This document shows, piece after piece, positions 1 through 9,390 of a stretch of 58,123 bases of DNA. The translations under genes were made by a program, and so were the position numbers. Under the pieces are notes generated by a model. That model did no database searches. It saw only the letters and a list, made by a program, of their open reading frames with translations, and was not told where the DNA came from. Where the stretch lies: assembly GCA_029561465.1 (NCBI GenBank), contig JAKQIZ010000075.1:1-58123 (forward strand). Reading direction: 5' to 3'. Position 1 is the first letter of the stretch. Every line of letters begins with the position of its first letter. This stretch comes from Deltaproteobacteria bacterium. Lineage in GTDB: Bacteria; Desulfobacterota; Syntrophia; Syntrophales; UBA8958.

Positions 1-2664
1 AGGGGAAGCACCTGGTCATTTGCCCACAACGCCAGGGGGCAGGTCCTGACGGCGACGAACCCCCTGGGGGGCGTGGAGACCTTCACCTACAATGACGACG
101 GCACCCTGGCCTCGGCGAAGGACTCCGACACGGGAACCACCGGCTATGATTACGATGACCACAAACGACCGATCAAAGTGACCCATCCCGACGGCACGTT
201 TCTCCAGATCACCTACAACGCCAACGACCAGATCGTCTTTGTCACGGACGAAAACAACCACACCTCCACCTACGTTTACAACTCCAACGGCCATCTCGCG
301 GAGGCCCAGGATCACTTGTACAACGTGACCTCCTACGCCTACGACAACATGGATCGAATCAGGCAGATCACGGACAAACTGGGCAAGATCACCACCCTGA
401 CCTTCGACAACCGGGGGCGGCTGGCATCCATCACAGACCCGGACTCGTTGACAACGACTTACGGCTACGACGCCTATGGACGGCAAAACAGCGTCGCCCG
501 CGGCGATGCCGTCTGGCAGACCATCCATGACAGTGAAGGGCTGCCCTCGTTGTCCAAGACCCCCCTGGACCGCCAGACCAGCTACGAAAGCGACCGGCTG
601 GGCAATCTGACGGCCGTCACGGACCCCACCGGAAGCCGCATGGTCCTGTCCCGCAACGACATGGGCCAGGTGACGGGGATCACCGACGGTCTCAACCGCC
701 AAACCGGCTACGCCTACGATGCGGCGGGTAGCCTGGCAGGCGTCACCCTTCCGGAAGTCGGCGGGGCCGGCTACGAAAGGAATGTCCTGGGCCGGATCAG
801 CAGGATCACGGACCTGAACGGCAAGACCTGGAACCTTACCTACACCTCCATGGGACGCCTGCAAACCATGACGGATCCCCTGAACAGGACCTGGCAGTAC
901 GCCTACAACAACCGGGGGCGGTTGAACCGGGTTACCTTCCCGGACGGAACGACCAAGACCATCACCTATGACGGCGTCGGCAATATCGTCCAGGCGGCCC
1001 ATTCCGCGGGGCCTACGCTCTCCTTCGGCTACGACGACTTCCAGCGCCTCACGTCCACGGCGAGCCTGACCCTTTCCAGGGACGCAATGGGACGGGTCTT
1101 GACGACCTCCGACGGGGAGGCATCCTTCACGGCCGCCTACACGGACGGGGGGAGATTAAAGTCGCTGGAGGTCTCCGCCAATGATGACCGCTTTTCGATA
1201 ACGTACGCCTACAATGCCACCACCGGTCTCCTGGAGACCGTCTCGGACAGTCTCACCCAAACCGCCGTGACCTTCGCCTATGACGCCGACGGCAATCTGA
1301 CGGCCATCGATCGCCCCAACGGGGTGCACACCCGTTACGACCGCGATGCCGCGGGACGTCTTGTCCGCATCCGGGAAGGGTCCTTCCTGGATGCCGCTTA
1401 CACCCTGGATGCGGCAGGGCAGGTGGTCCGGGCGGACATGACCCTGCCCCCGCCGCTGGACCCCGTGTCGGCTATCGGCGACAGCACCGAATCCTTTTCT
1501 TACAACGACGCCTCCCAAACCGCCTCCGCGGGTTATGAGTACGACCTGCAGGGGAGGCTCACGGCGGCCCCGGGCCGGACCCTGACCTGGGACGGCGCAT
1601 CCCGCCTGACCGCCGTCGGCGGCGTCCAGATGGGCTACAACGGTATGGGCGACCTGATCACCCGCACCGACGGCGCCGCCACAACCCGTTTCTCCTACAG
1701 TCATTCCCTCGGGCGCCATCCCCTTGTGGCGGAGAGAAATGTCTCAGGCCCGGCCCTTGCCCGCTACTATGTCTGGACTCCCGACGGGCGCCTGCTTTAC
1801 CTGATTGACCGGACAAACGGCAGCAAGGCCTATCATTATCATTTCGACCGGACCGGTTCGACGATCGCCCTTACGGACGAAACCGGCGCCATGACGGACG
1901 CCTACGCCTACGACCCCTACGGCAGAATCCTGAGACGAGCCGGCGTCAGCACCCAGCCCTTCACCTTTGCCGGACAATGGGGCATGCGCCAGGAGGACGC
2001 CACCCTCTACCAGGCCCGGGCGCGCTACTACGATGCCGCCACGGGCCGTTTCCTCTCCAGGGAACCCCTGTGGCCCCAGACGGACGATCCCAGACTCCTC
2101 AATCCCTATGCCTACGCACGGGCCAACCCCATTATGGAGGTGGACGTAACGGGCCGGGAACCGGAGAAACCGGAAAACATCACCCCTGTCCACATGGAAC
2201 AGGGCCTGGCCCCGGACTCCTGGACAACGACCATCCACAACAGCATCGAGACGGCCATCGTCAAGAAGTCCTATTCGACCACCGACAAGGGCCGGCGGTT
2301 CGGCGTCATGGCCGGCAACAAACATAAAAAGGAGATGAACCGGGAGCGGGAGCGAAACAGGAAGATCGGCAAGAAGGCCAACGTGATCAAATTCGGCAAA
2401 CCCCTGTTCGTTAAAGTCGCCGAAGAGGGGGATCGGATCGTCGTACTCATTTTCATTCGCAACAAGAACAATCTTCTCGTGGTGAAAGACATGTTCGAAA
2501 TCGGCAAGAAGGAACTCGAGGCAGGGGAGCCCCAGGCGGATTTCTCCCTTCAGGAGAGGTTGTTCGGGAGCGATGTGAAACGGGTGGAGGGGAACAACCC
2601 CGTGGCCGACCACTTCGTGGACAAGGTGGCGGCTTCGGTCAGACGCCATGTCGATGACGAATAA
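1..2664 (+). CDS. RHS/YD-repeat protein with RHS core and C-terminal tip (5' partial)
   Basis: Frame is open from base 1 (RGSTWSFAHNARGQVLTATNPLG...). Many YDxxGRL repeats; RHS core motifs YDPYG, LYQARARYYDAATGRFLSREP and NPYAYARANPIMEVDVTG. Confidence 0.93.
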   Translation, partial: RGSTWSFAHNARGQVLTATNPLGGVETFTYNDDGTLASAKDSDTGTTGYDYDDHKRPIKVTHPDGTFLQITYNANDQIVFVTDENNHTSTYVYNSNGHLAEAQDHLYNVTSYAYDNMDRIRQITDKLGKITTLTFDNRGRLASITDPDSLTTTYGYDAYGRQNSVARGDAVWQTIHDSEGLPSLSKTPLDRQTSYESDRLGNLTAVTDPTGSRMVLSRNDMGQVTGITDGLNRQTGYAYDAAGSLAGVTLPEVGGAGYERNVLGRISRITDLNGKTWNLTYTSMGRLQTMTDPLNRTWQYAYNNRGRLNRVTFPDGTTKTITYDGVGNIVQAAHSAGPTLSFGYDDFQRLTSTASLTLSRDAMGRVLTTSDGEASFTAAYTDGGRLKSLEVSANDDRFSITYAYNATTGLLETVSDSLTQTAVTFAYDADGNLTAIDRPNGVHTRYDRDAAGRLVRIREGSFLDAAYTLDAAGQVVRADMTLPPPLDPVSAIGDSTESFSYNDASQTASAGYEYDLQGRLTAAPGRTLTWDGASRLTAVGGVQMGYNGMGDLITRTDGAATTRFSYSHSLGRHPLVAERNVSGPALARYYVWTPDGRLLYLIDRTNGSKAYHYHFDRTGSTIALTDETGAMTDAYAYDPYGRILRRAGVSTQPFTFAGQWGMRQEDATLYQARARYYDAATGRFLSREPLWPQTDDPRLLNPYAYARANPIMEVDVTGREPEKPENITPVHMEQGLAPDSWTTTIHNSIETAIVKKSYSTTDKGRRFGVMAGNKHKKEMNRERERNRKIGKKANVIKFGKPLFVKVAEEGDRIVVLIFIRNKNNLLVVKDMFEIGKKELEAGEPQADFSLQERLFGSDVKRVEGNNPVADHFVDKVAASVRRHVDDE

Positions 2665-2673
2665 GGAAGGAGG

Positions 2674-3087
2674 ATGTCCTTTATGAAAAACTCTCGAACC
2701 ATCGCCATTTTCAAGGCCATGGTTGTCTGGGCCATGGTTATCTTCTTCTCCGCGCCCGCCGCCGCCCTCACGGTGACCTACACGTACGACGGGGCGGGAC
2801 GCCTGACAAAGGCGGCCTTCGCAAGCGGTCAACGGATACTTTATTTCTATGATCAAGCGGGAAATATCCTGAAGCGCCAGTCCTTCGACAGGGGAAGCGA
2901 CCTCTACGGCGACGTGAACGGCGACGGCATCGTCAACCTGACGGATATCGTCACGGTGCTGAAGCTCCAGGCCGATATGGACCGGGAGAGGGATTACTAC
3001 AACATGAATGCCGACGTGAACGGCGACAACCGGATCGGCACCGCCGAGGCGCTTTATATTCTCCAGGGAATTGCGGAGATGAGATAG
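2674..3087 (+). CDS. Secreted small protein: signal peptide + single YD repeat + dockerin type I-like domain
   Basis: AGGAGG RBS; hydrophobic N-terminus ending PAAA; TYTYDGAGRLT...YFYDQAGNI; paired Ca-binding loops GDVNGDGIVNLTD and ADVNGDNRIGTAE. Confidence 0.8.
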   Translation: MSFMKNSRTIAIFKAMVVWAMVIFFSAPAAALTVTYTYDGAGRLTKAAFASGQRILYFYDQAGNILKRQSFDRGSDLYGDVNGDGIVNLTDIVTVLKLQADMDRERDYYNMNADVNGDNRIGTAEALYILQGIAEMR

Positions 3088-3175
3088 AACGCCGCTCGCA
3101 CATGCGCCCTAACATCGCGATTTAGAAGGGACATGGTTAAATATGCGGCTCTGTGGCGTAAGAACGGTCATCCTT

Positions 3176-4570
3176 TCAGGATCTCTGCAAACGCTCCCAC
3201 AGGTAGGTCCGAAATAGGTCGTTATCGGCCGGTAGGAGGACCGGTTCCCCGATCCGGGCATCCAACTCTCTCATACTCGGCGGCAGTTCCGGCTCAATTC
3301 CCAGCAGTTCCGTGATCTCCGCCGGAAACTTGGCCGGATGGGCCGTCTCCAGTGATACGCACAGCCCTCCATAGCGGCTTTTATCCAGGTAATCTTCCAG
3401 CCCCCGCCAGCCCACGGCGCCGTGGGGCTCCAGCAGGACACCGTAGGTCTCATAGACCCGCTTTATGGTCCGCTTTGTTTCCCCATCGGTGACGCTCACT
3501 GAATGGATGCGGCGGCGGATTTCATCCCGATCGGGATCGCGGTGGACCATGCCGTTACGGTCCACGGTCCCGCCGTAAAGATCGAAGAATCGGGCCAGAT
3601 TGCTGGGATGGCCCACGTTCATGGCATTGGAAAGGCAGGCCCGGGAAGGAGAGACCTTTTCGTAGATCCCGGTGGCGAGAAAGCGCGGAAACTCGTCGTT
3701 TTCATTGGTGGGCATCACCAGCATCCGCACCGGAAGACCCATGCGGCGGGCGTATTCACAGCCCAGGGCGTTGCCGAAATTTCCGGAAGGCACGGAAAAG
3801 ACGATTTCCTCTCCCGCCTCCACCCGGGCCAACTGGGCGTAGGCATAGACATAGTAGATCGTCTGGGGAAGGATGCGGCCGAAATTTATGGAATTGGCCG
3901 ACGTCAGATTCAGTTCCGCCAGGGAGGGATCAGCGAAGGCCTGCTTTACCATGTTCTGGCAATCGTCGAATTTCCCGGACACGGAGACCGCCTGGACGTT
4001 TTGCCCGATGGTATCGAGTTGTTTTCGCTGTCGGGAGCTGACCTCGTCCCGGGGATAGAGGATCGTCACATCTATGCCCGGCACCCCCTTGAAGGCCTCC
4101 CCCACCGCGCTTCCCGTATCTCCCGAAGTAGCCACCAGGACATTGAGGCGTTTGTCCGGCGACCGGAGCATGCTCATGAGACGGGCCATCATTCGGGCGG
4201 CAAAGTCCTTGAAAGAGGCCGTCGGCCCCTGATCGAGGCGCAGGACATAGTTTTCGCCCACTACTCGCTCCAGAGGCACGGAGAAGTTGTAGGCATCTTC
4301 CACCACCAGGCGCAATCTATCGAGTTCCACCTCTCCGGCGAGAAATTTACGGGCCACCAGCCAGGCGGCTTCCGGGTAGGGCATTCCCTTCAGGGCAGCG
4401 ACATCCGCCGGCACCAGTTCTGGAATCCTCTCCGGCATGAACAGCCCCTCGTCCGGGGCCTGCCCCATGAGGAGCGCCTCCCGGAAGCTGACCGTTTCCC
4501 GGAAGGGCTTCCCGCCGCCACCCAGGTTCAGATTTCTATTGGTGCTGTAATAACGAATCGTCATTGACAT
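3176..4570 (-). CDS. thrC: Threonine synthase
   Basis: GPTASFKD PLP-lysine motif, VATSGDTG, SANSINFGR, VPSGNFGN, ETAHPAKF. Confidence 0.95.
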   Translation of the reverse strand: MSMTIRYYSTNRNLNLGGGGKPFRETVSFREALLMGQAPDEGLFMPERIPELVPADVAALKGMPYPEAAWLVARKFLAGEVELDRLRLVVEDAYNFSVPLERVVGENYVLRLDQGPTASFKDFAARMMARLMSMLRSPDKRLNVLVATSGDTGSAVGEAFKGVPGIDVTILYPRDEVSSRQRKQLDTIGQNVQAVSVSGKFDDCQNMVKQAFADPSLAELNLTSANSINFGRILPQTIYYVYAYAQLARVEAGEEIVFSVPSGNFGNALGCEYARRMGLPVRMLVMPTNENDEFPRFLATGIYEKVSPSRACLSNAMNVGHPSNLARFFDLYGGTVDRNGMVHRDPDRDEIRRRIHSVSVTDGETKRTIKRVYETYGVLLEPHGAVGWRGLEDYLDKSRYGGLCVSLETAHPAKFPAEITELLGIEPELPPSMRELDARIGEPVLLPADNDLFRTYLWERLQRS

Positions 4571-4891
4571 TTCCTGCTCCTGTCCCCATGGTTCTCCGGC
4601 CCGGCATCCTGGAGATCGCCTCCCCCGGCGGATGGGCGAATGGTTTACATCATGCTGATCTTAAATGATTAATCCACCGGACCGGGATAGCCGTCCGCTG
4701 GTTCCCGGACGTTTTCGATTCCAGACTCCGGCGATACCGCAAAAAATACCGGAGCTATACAAAACTCCGGGAAATGTTTACCTTCCCACTCTTTCCCTGT
4801 CAAGCATCTTCTCTTCAGGCTCTTCTGGGCAAACCGCTCCTTCCAAACCGGGTAGCGCCAACCTGCATCGATAAGGGCGTCATCTTCCCGA

Positions 4892-4920
4892 TTGACAGAA
4901 AGGGTTTTTCGGCGGATAAT
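4892..4920 (+). promoter_or_regulatory. Putative sigma-70 promoter for selD
   Basis: TTGACA (4892-4897), 17-nt spacer, GATAAT (4915-4920), 50 nt upstream of ATG 4970. Confidence 0.55.
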
Positions 4921-4969
4921 CGGCACCGGAGATTAACGTTCGAGCATAATTGACGTTGAGGATTCAACA

Positions 4970-6025
4970 ATGACGAAAGAAAACCGCCCGCGTCTGACCC
5001 AGACCGTCCACGGCGCCGGCTGAGCCTGCAAGATAGGTCCGGGCGACCTGAGCGAAGCGCTTAAAGATCTACCCTTCATGACGGACCCCCATCTCCTGGC
5101 GGGGATGGAACACTCCGAAGACGCCGGCGTCTATAAACTCCGCGACGATCTGGCGATCATCCAGACCGTGGATTTCTTCACCCCCATCGTCGATGACCCT
5201 TACACCTTCGGCCAGATCGCCGTGACCAACGCCCTCAGCGACGTCTATGCCATGCGGGGCAATCCCCTGACGGCAATGAACATCGTCTGCTTTCCCATCA
5301 ATAAACTCGATATTTCCATTCTCCGGGACATTCTCCGGGGCGGGCTTGACAAGATGCGGGAGGCGGGCGTCCTCCTAGTCGGCGGGCATAGCGTCGAGGA
5401 CGACGAGACCAAATACGGCCTCGCCGTGACGGGAATCGCCCATCCCGATCAGATCCTCTTGAACCGGGGCGCCCGGCCGGGAGACAGGCTCGTCCTGACC
5501 AAGGCCCTCGGCACGGGAATAGTCAGCACCGCCGTCAAGGGGGGGATAGCTACGGAGAGCCTGGTCAACGAGGCCGTCCGCGCCATGACGACCCTGAACA
5601 AGTCCGGGGCGCAAGCCCTCATGGAGACGCCGGATGTCCATTCCTGCACCGACATCACCGGATTCGGTCTCCTCGGGCACGCCTGCGAGATGATCGAGGA
5701 CAGCCAGGTAGGCATGGAGATCCATGCCGGCGCCGTGCCTTTCTTCAGCGGCCTGCGGGAAATCGCCGAGCTGGGCGTGCTGCCCGCGGGGCTCCACCGC
5801 AACCGAAGGTTCCGCGAAAACCGGATCGAGATCGACCCGGGATGCCCGGAGTGGCAGGTGGACATCCTCTTCGACCCCCAAACCGCCGGGGGGCTTTTCG
5901 TCGCCGTGGCCCCCGCGGAGGCGGAGAAACTACTGGATAAACTCCACCACGTGGGCCTTGGCGAGGCCGCCATCATCGGTAGCGTCACCGGCGAAAGGAA
6001 AGGAAAGATTACCGTCCGGCCATGA
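4970..6025 (+). CDS. selD: Selenide, water dikinase (selenophosphate synthetase), selenocysteine-containing
   Basis: ATG 4970 is in frame with ORF 5078-6025 through TGA 5021-5023, giving RLTQTVHGAG-U-ACKIGPGDL. Also QTVDFFTPIVDDPY, GGHS, TDITGFGLLGH and DPQTAGGL. Confidence 0.95.
5034..5050 (+). promoter_or_regulatory. Putative bacterial SECIS hairpin
   Basis: AGGTC(5035-39)-CGGGC-GACCT(5045-49) stem-loop with a G-rich loop, starting 11 nt after the UGA. Confidence 0.7.
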
Positions 6026-7095
6026 AACGCATCGAGTCGCTGCTGGTCAAAAAGGAGGAAACCCTCTTCAACGTCTTCAAGCTACGTTCAATGGCCCGGC
6101 CGGAGGATACCATGGCGGTGCTCATGTTCGGCAGCCCTGATCCGGATGCCGTCGCCTCGGCGATGGCCCTGCGGGAAATCATGCGACAGACGGTGGGGCT
6201 GAAAAAATTCGCCTTCGTCGCCACGGAAGGGGTGCTCCGCCAGCAGAACCAGGAATTCATCCGGGCCATGAAGGTGGAAATTCAGCTCCTGAGTAAGATA
6301 GAGCTCCAGGACTACCGACTCGTCGCCATCGTGGACGCCCAGCCCAACTTCTTCGGGAAGACCGGCGATCTGATCCACCCCCAAATCGTCATCGACCACC
6401 ATCCCGTTACCGCCGCCTGGCATGCCGAACTGGCGGATGTCCGCCCCCAGTACGGCGCCCTCTCCACCATCATGATGGAGTATCTCCTCGCAGCCCGGGT
6501 CCGGATACCCAAGCTGCTCTACACCGCCCTGCTGTATGGCATCAAGAGCGACACCAACAATTTCGAGCGGGATTCAATCCTCGAGGACATCGGGGCTTAT
6601 TACCTGACCTCGGTTCGGGCCAACCGGGAGCTCATCCGTCGCATCGAACTGAACCAGATTCCCGAGCGCTACCTGAAGTCTTTCGAACATGCCTATTTCC
6701 ACCGTCGCCGCTACCGCGACCGGATCACCAGTTTCCTGGGCAAGGTGGACAGCCCCGATGTATGCGTCCAGGTAGCCGATTTCTATCTGCGCATCGTCGA
6801 TGTTTACTACGTGGTTATCGCCGGGATCATCAAAGACCGGCTGATCATCGTCTTTCGGGGCGACGGTTACCGTCAGGACTGCGGCTACATCGCGGCGGCG
6901 GCCTTCGGGAAATACGGCGGCGGCGGCGGACACAAGAGCGCGGCCCGGGTGGAAATCCCCCTGGAAACACTCAAAGAGGTCCTCCCAGGGGATTGGACCC
7001 AGGAAGCGGTGGAACAGTTTCTCGTCCAGCGCCTCCGTCAGAAACGCCCGGCAAAGACGAAGAAACGCCCGGCAAACGACGCCAGGGAATCCTGA
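6022..7095 (+). CDS. DHH/DHHA1 family phosphoesterase
   Basis: PDPDA, IVDAQ, IDHHP, GIKSDT and GGGGHKSAA motifs; ATGA overlap with the selD stop. Confidence 0.88.
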   Translation: MKRIESLLVKKEETLFNVFKLRSMARPEDTMAVLMFGSPDPDAVASAMALREIMRQTVGLKKFAFVATEGVLRQQNQEFIRAMKVEIQLLSKIELQDYRLVAIVDAQPNFFGKTGDLIHPQIVIDHHPVTAAWHAELADVRPQYGALSTIMMEYLLAARVRIPKLLYTALLYGIKSDTNNFERDSILEDIGAYYLTSVRANRELIRRIELNQIPERYLKSFEHAYFHRRRYRDRITSFLGKVDSPDVCVQVADFYLRIVDVYYVVIAGIIKDRLIIVFRGDGYRQDCGYIAAAAFGKYGGGGGHKSAARVEIPLETLKEVLPGDWTQEAVEQFLVQRLRQKRPAKTKKRPANDARES

Positions 7096-7166
7096 CTCCC
7101 TTTCTCCAGCTTATATCCATACATTCCCACCGAACGGTAGAGCCATTCCCGCCGGGAGCAATAAAG

Positions 7167-8322
7167 TCAGCTCAGGTGGGATGCGACGGGCAGCGGCATC
7201 TTGATCTTTTGGGTGAAGTAGAGCGAAACCACCGTAAGACCGGCTCCGATTAGAAAGGGCAGCCGCCAGTTCAATAGCCACAGGCTGCCGCCGATCAGGG
7301 GGATGATGATGGCGGAGATGTGGTTGATCGTGAATCCCATGGCGGTGCTCTGGGAAAGGTCGCTGGTGTCCGCCGTTTTCTGGAGATACGTGTTCAAACC
7401 GATGGAAAAGTTGAAAAAGACACTGTCCAGGACGTAGAGGATTACCGCCACCCAGGAATTCTCGATAAACGCATAACCCAGAAACAGGATGAAGAGACTG
7501 GCGCTTTCCAGGGATAGGACCACCCGCTCGCCATAGACGTTGATCGCCCGGGAGATATATCTATTGGTGAGAAAGGTCAGGGCATAGTTCAGGACATAAA
7601 TGCCGGCGATGGTGCTGACAGCAAGACGGTATTTTTCCACCAGAAGAAAGACGGCGAAGACGATGAATATCTGCCGGCGGGCGCCGCTCAGAAAGTTCAG
7701 GGTATAGTACAACCAGTATTTCCGACGCAGGACGAGTTTGTTTTGGCGGTGCAGTCCCTCCTCTTCCGCCGGATTTTTCGTCAGCATATAGATACCCGCC
7801 AGGCCCACAAAGATCCCCAGCAGGAGGAAATTGCCGCGGTAGGGAATGAAAAAAGGAAAGCATCCAGACCACCACCCCGACGGTGATATTGGCCAGGGCG
7901 CCGTATCCCCGCAGGCGGGCAAAGACGATGGGCGCGTCATGCCGGTCGAAATACTGCACCGTCAGGGACTTGTTCGTGGTCTCGAAATAGTGAAAACCGA
8001 TGGACATAACTATGGTGGTCATGAGCAGGCCCGGAAAGGTGGTGAAAAAGCCGGTGGCACCGATACCGATCCCCAGCAGCACCACGGACCACGCCGACAG
8101 GCGGTGTTCCCGCATGATCAGCAGCATGTACATCACCAGAAAGGTCAGGAAGCCCGGAATCTCACGTACCGCCTGGGCCACCCCGATCTGAAAACCGTTT
8201 ACGCCCACTATCTCTTTGGCAAAATTGGTGAACAAGGCCATCCATCCCTGCAATCCGGCACTGGCACAGATAACGAGCACCATGAGATAGGAATACATCG
8301 GTTTGTTCTTGAAGTTCTCCAT
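7167..8322 (-). pseudogene. MFS transporter, frameshifted (pseudogene or sequencing error)
   Basis: Two hydrophobic ORFs (8322-7561 and 7940-7167) join into one MFS frame (VWMLSFF-IPYRGNFLLLG) if one base is removed from the A6 run at 7849-7854. Confidence 0.8.
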
Positions 8323-8407
8323 GACGAAAATGAAAAACCGGAGACAGCCTCAGGGGGCACATCTCCGGTTATGTATTCGTGATTATAATTTTTTGTCGCG
8401 ATGCCGG

Positions 8408-8692
8408 TTATTCGGAAGTCTTGGCGTCGCCGGATGTATCGGATTTTACCTCTTCCGTCACGGCCGCAGCCGCCGACTGCTCCTCTTGTTTCGATTCACT
8501 GTGCGGCGCCTTTACCCCACCGTAATCGGTCACGTACCAGCCGCTTCCCTTTAGATGAAACGAAGAAAGGGACATCAGCTTCGTCACAGGGCCCTTACAG
8601 AACCGGCAGGATTTGATCGCCGGATCGGTAATCCGCTGAAACATTTCAAAGTCCTTTCCGCATTTCTTGCATTTGTACTCATAAATTGGCAT
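8408..8692 (-). CDS. FmdB-family zinc-ribbon putative regulatory protein
   Basis: MPIYEYKCKKCG...CRFC...FHLKGSGWYVTDY; GGAGG RBS. Confidence 0.9.
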   Translation of the reverse strand: MPIYEYKCKKCGKDFEMFQRITDPAIKSCRFCKGPVTKLMSLSSFHLKGSGWYVTDYGGVKAPHSESKQEEQSAAAAVTEEVKSDTSGDAKTSE

Positions 8693-8715
8693 AAAACACC
8701 CTCCCAATTTTGATT

Positions 8716-9243
8716 TTACCCGTATATATCTCCCAGTTGATAGCGGTTGCTGAAGCAATCCAACACCAACTTCAGATCGGGTTTCAGCGCCGCCTGCAAT
8801 ACCTCGCGGGTGATCCCGTGGACCTTTTCCTCCTCCTCCCGTTTCTCTGCCGCCGACATCTCGAAAGAGATCTCGCCATTGTCAAACCGAACCACGTGCA
8901 CCAGTTCATGGGCGGCAATATAAAGCAGCAGAGGGCTCAGCTTGATGAAGGAATGGGCCCGTTCCACGGCATCGAGGATCCCGTCGTCCTGAAGGCAGAT
9001 CCGGTAGAAGTGTAAACCGCCCTCATTCGGCTCTCCATCTTTGCCGTATCGATATTTGCACAGATGGGCAAAGGCGCCCTCTTTCACCTCATGCTTATCG
9101 AGAAAAGCCAGCGTCCGCACGTCATAACGGTGGTTTCGGATCTTTTCCAGACTCATCCGAAAATAATCGTCGATGAGCCTCTCCGCGTGTTGAAAAGCCG
9201 AATTCGCCAAGGATATTTGTGCGGTATTGAAGTACCGTCCCAT
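8716..9243 (-). CDS. Hypothetical protein with HExxH motif
   Basis: 175-aa ORF with GAGGGA RBS; IAAHELVHVVRF followed by acidic EEEE. Confidence 0.7.
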   Translation of the reverse strand: MGRYFNTAQISLANSAFQHAERLIDDYFRMSLEKIRNHRYDVRTLAFLDKHEVKEGAFAHLCKYRYGKDGEPNEGGLHFYRICLQDDGILDAVERAHSFIKLSPLLLYIAAHELVHVVRFDNGEISFEMSAAEKREEEEKVHGITREVLQAALKPDLKLVLDCFSNRYQLGDIYG

Positions 9244-9390
9244 GGTCCCTCACTGCGGAAGCCGATGATTACCGGTAACGGGCGCCCCACTATCGTCCTT
9301 TTTCGTTCCCTACGTAAGCCTTCACGCTTGTTGGCGGCAATTTATGCATTTTCTCCGCCTTGTCAAGCATTATTTTTCCTTTTTATTTCA

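Noticed and set aside
16-2856. Long antisense ORFs (16-1002, 1156-1719, 1744-2856) and similar shadow ORFs elsewhere, e.g. 22324-24300, 38417-40177, 14817-15995
   Set aside because: They lie opposite well-supported genes and have no motifs; expected from high-GC3 codon bias.
4669-4926. 85-aa ORF between thrC and selD
   Set aside because: No recognisable motif or RBS, and it overlaps the putative selD promoter.
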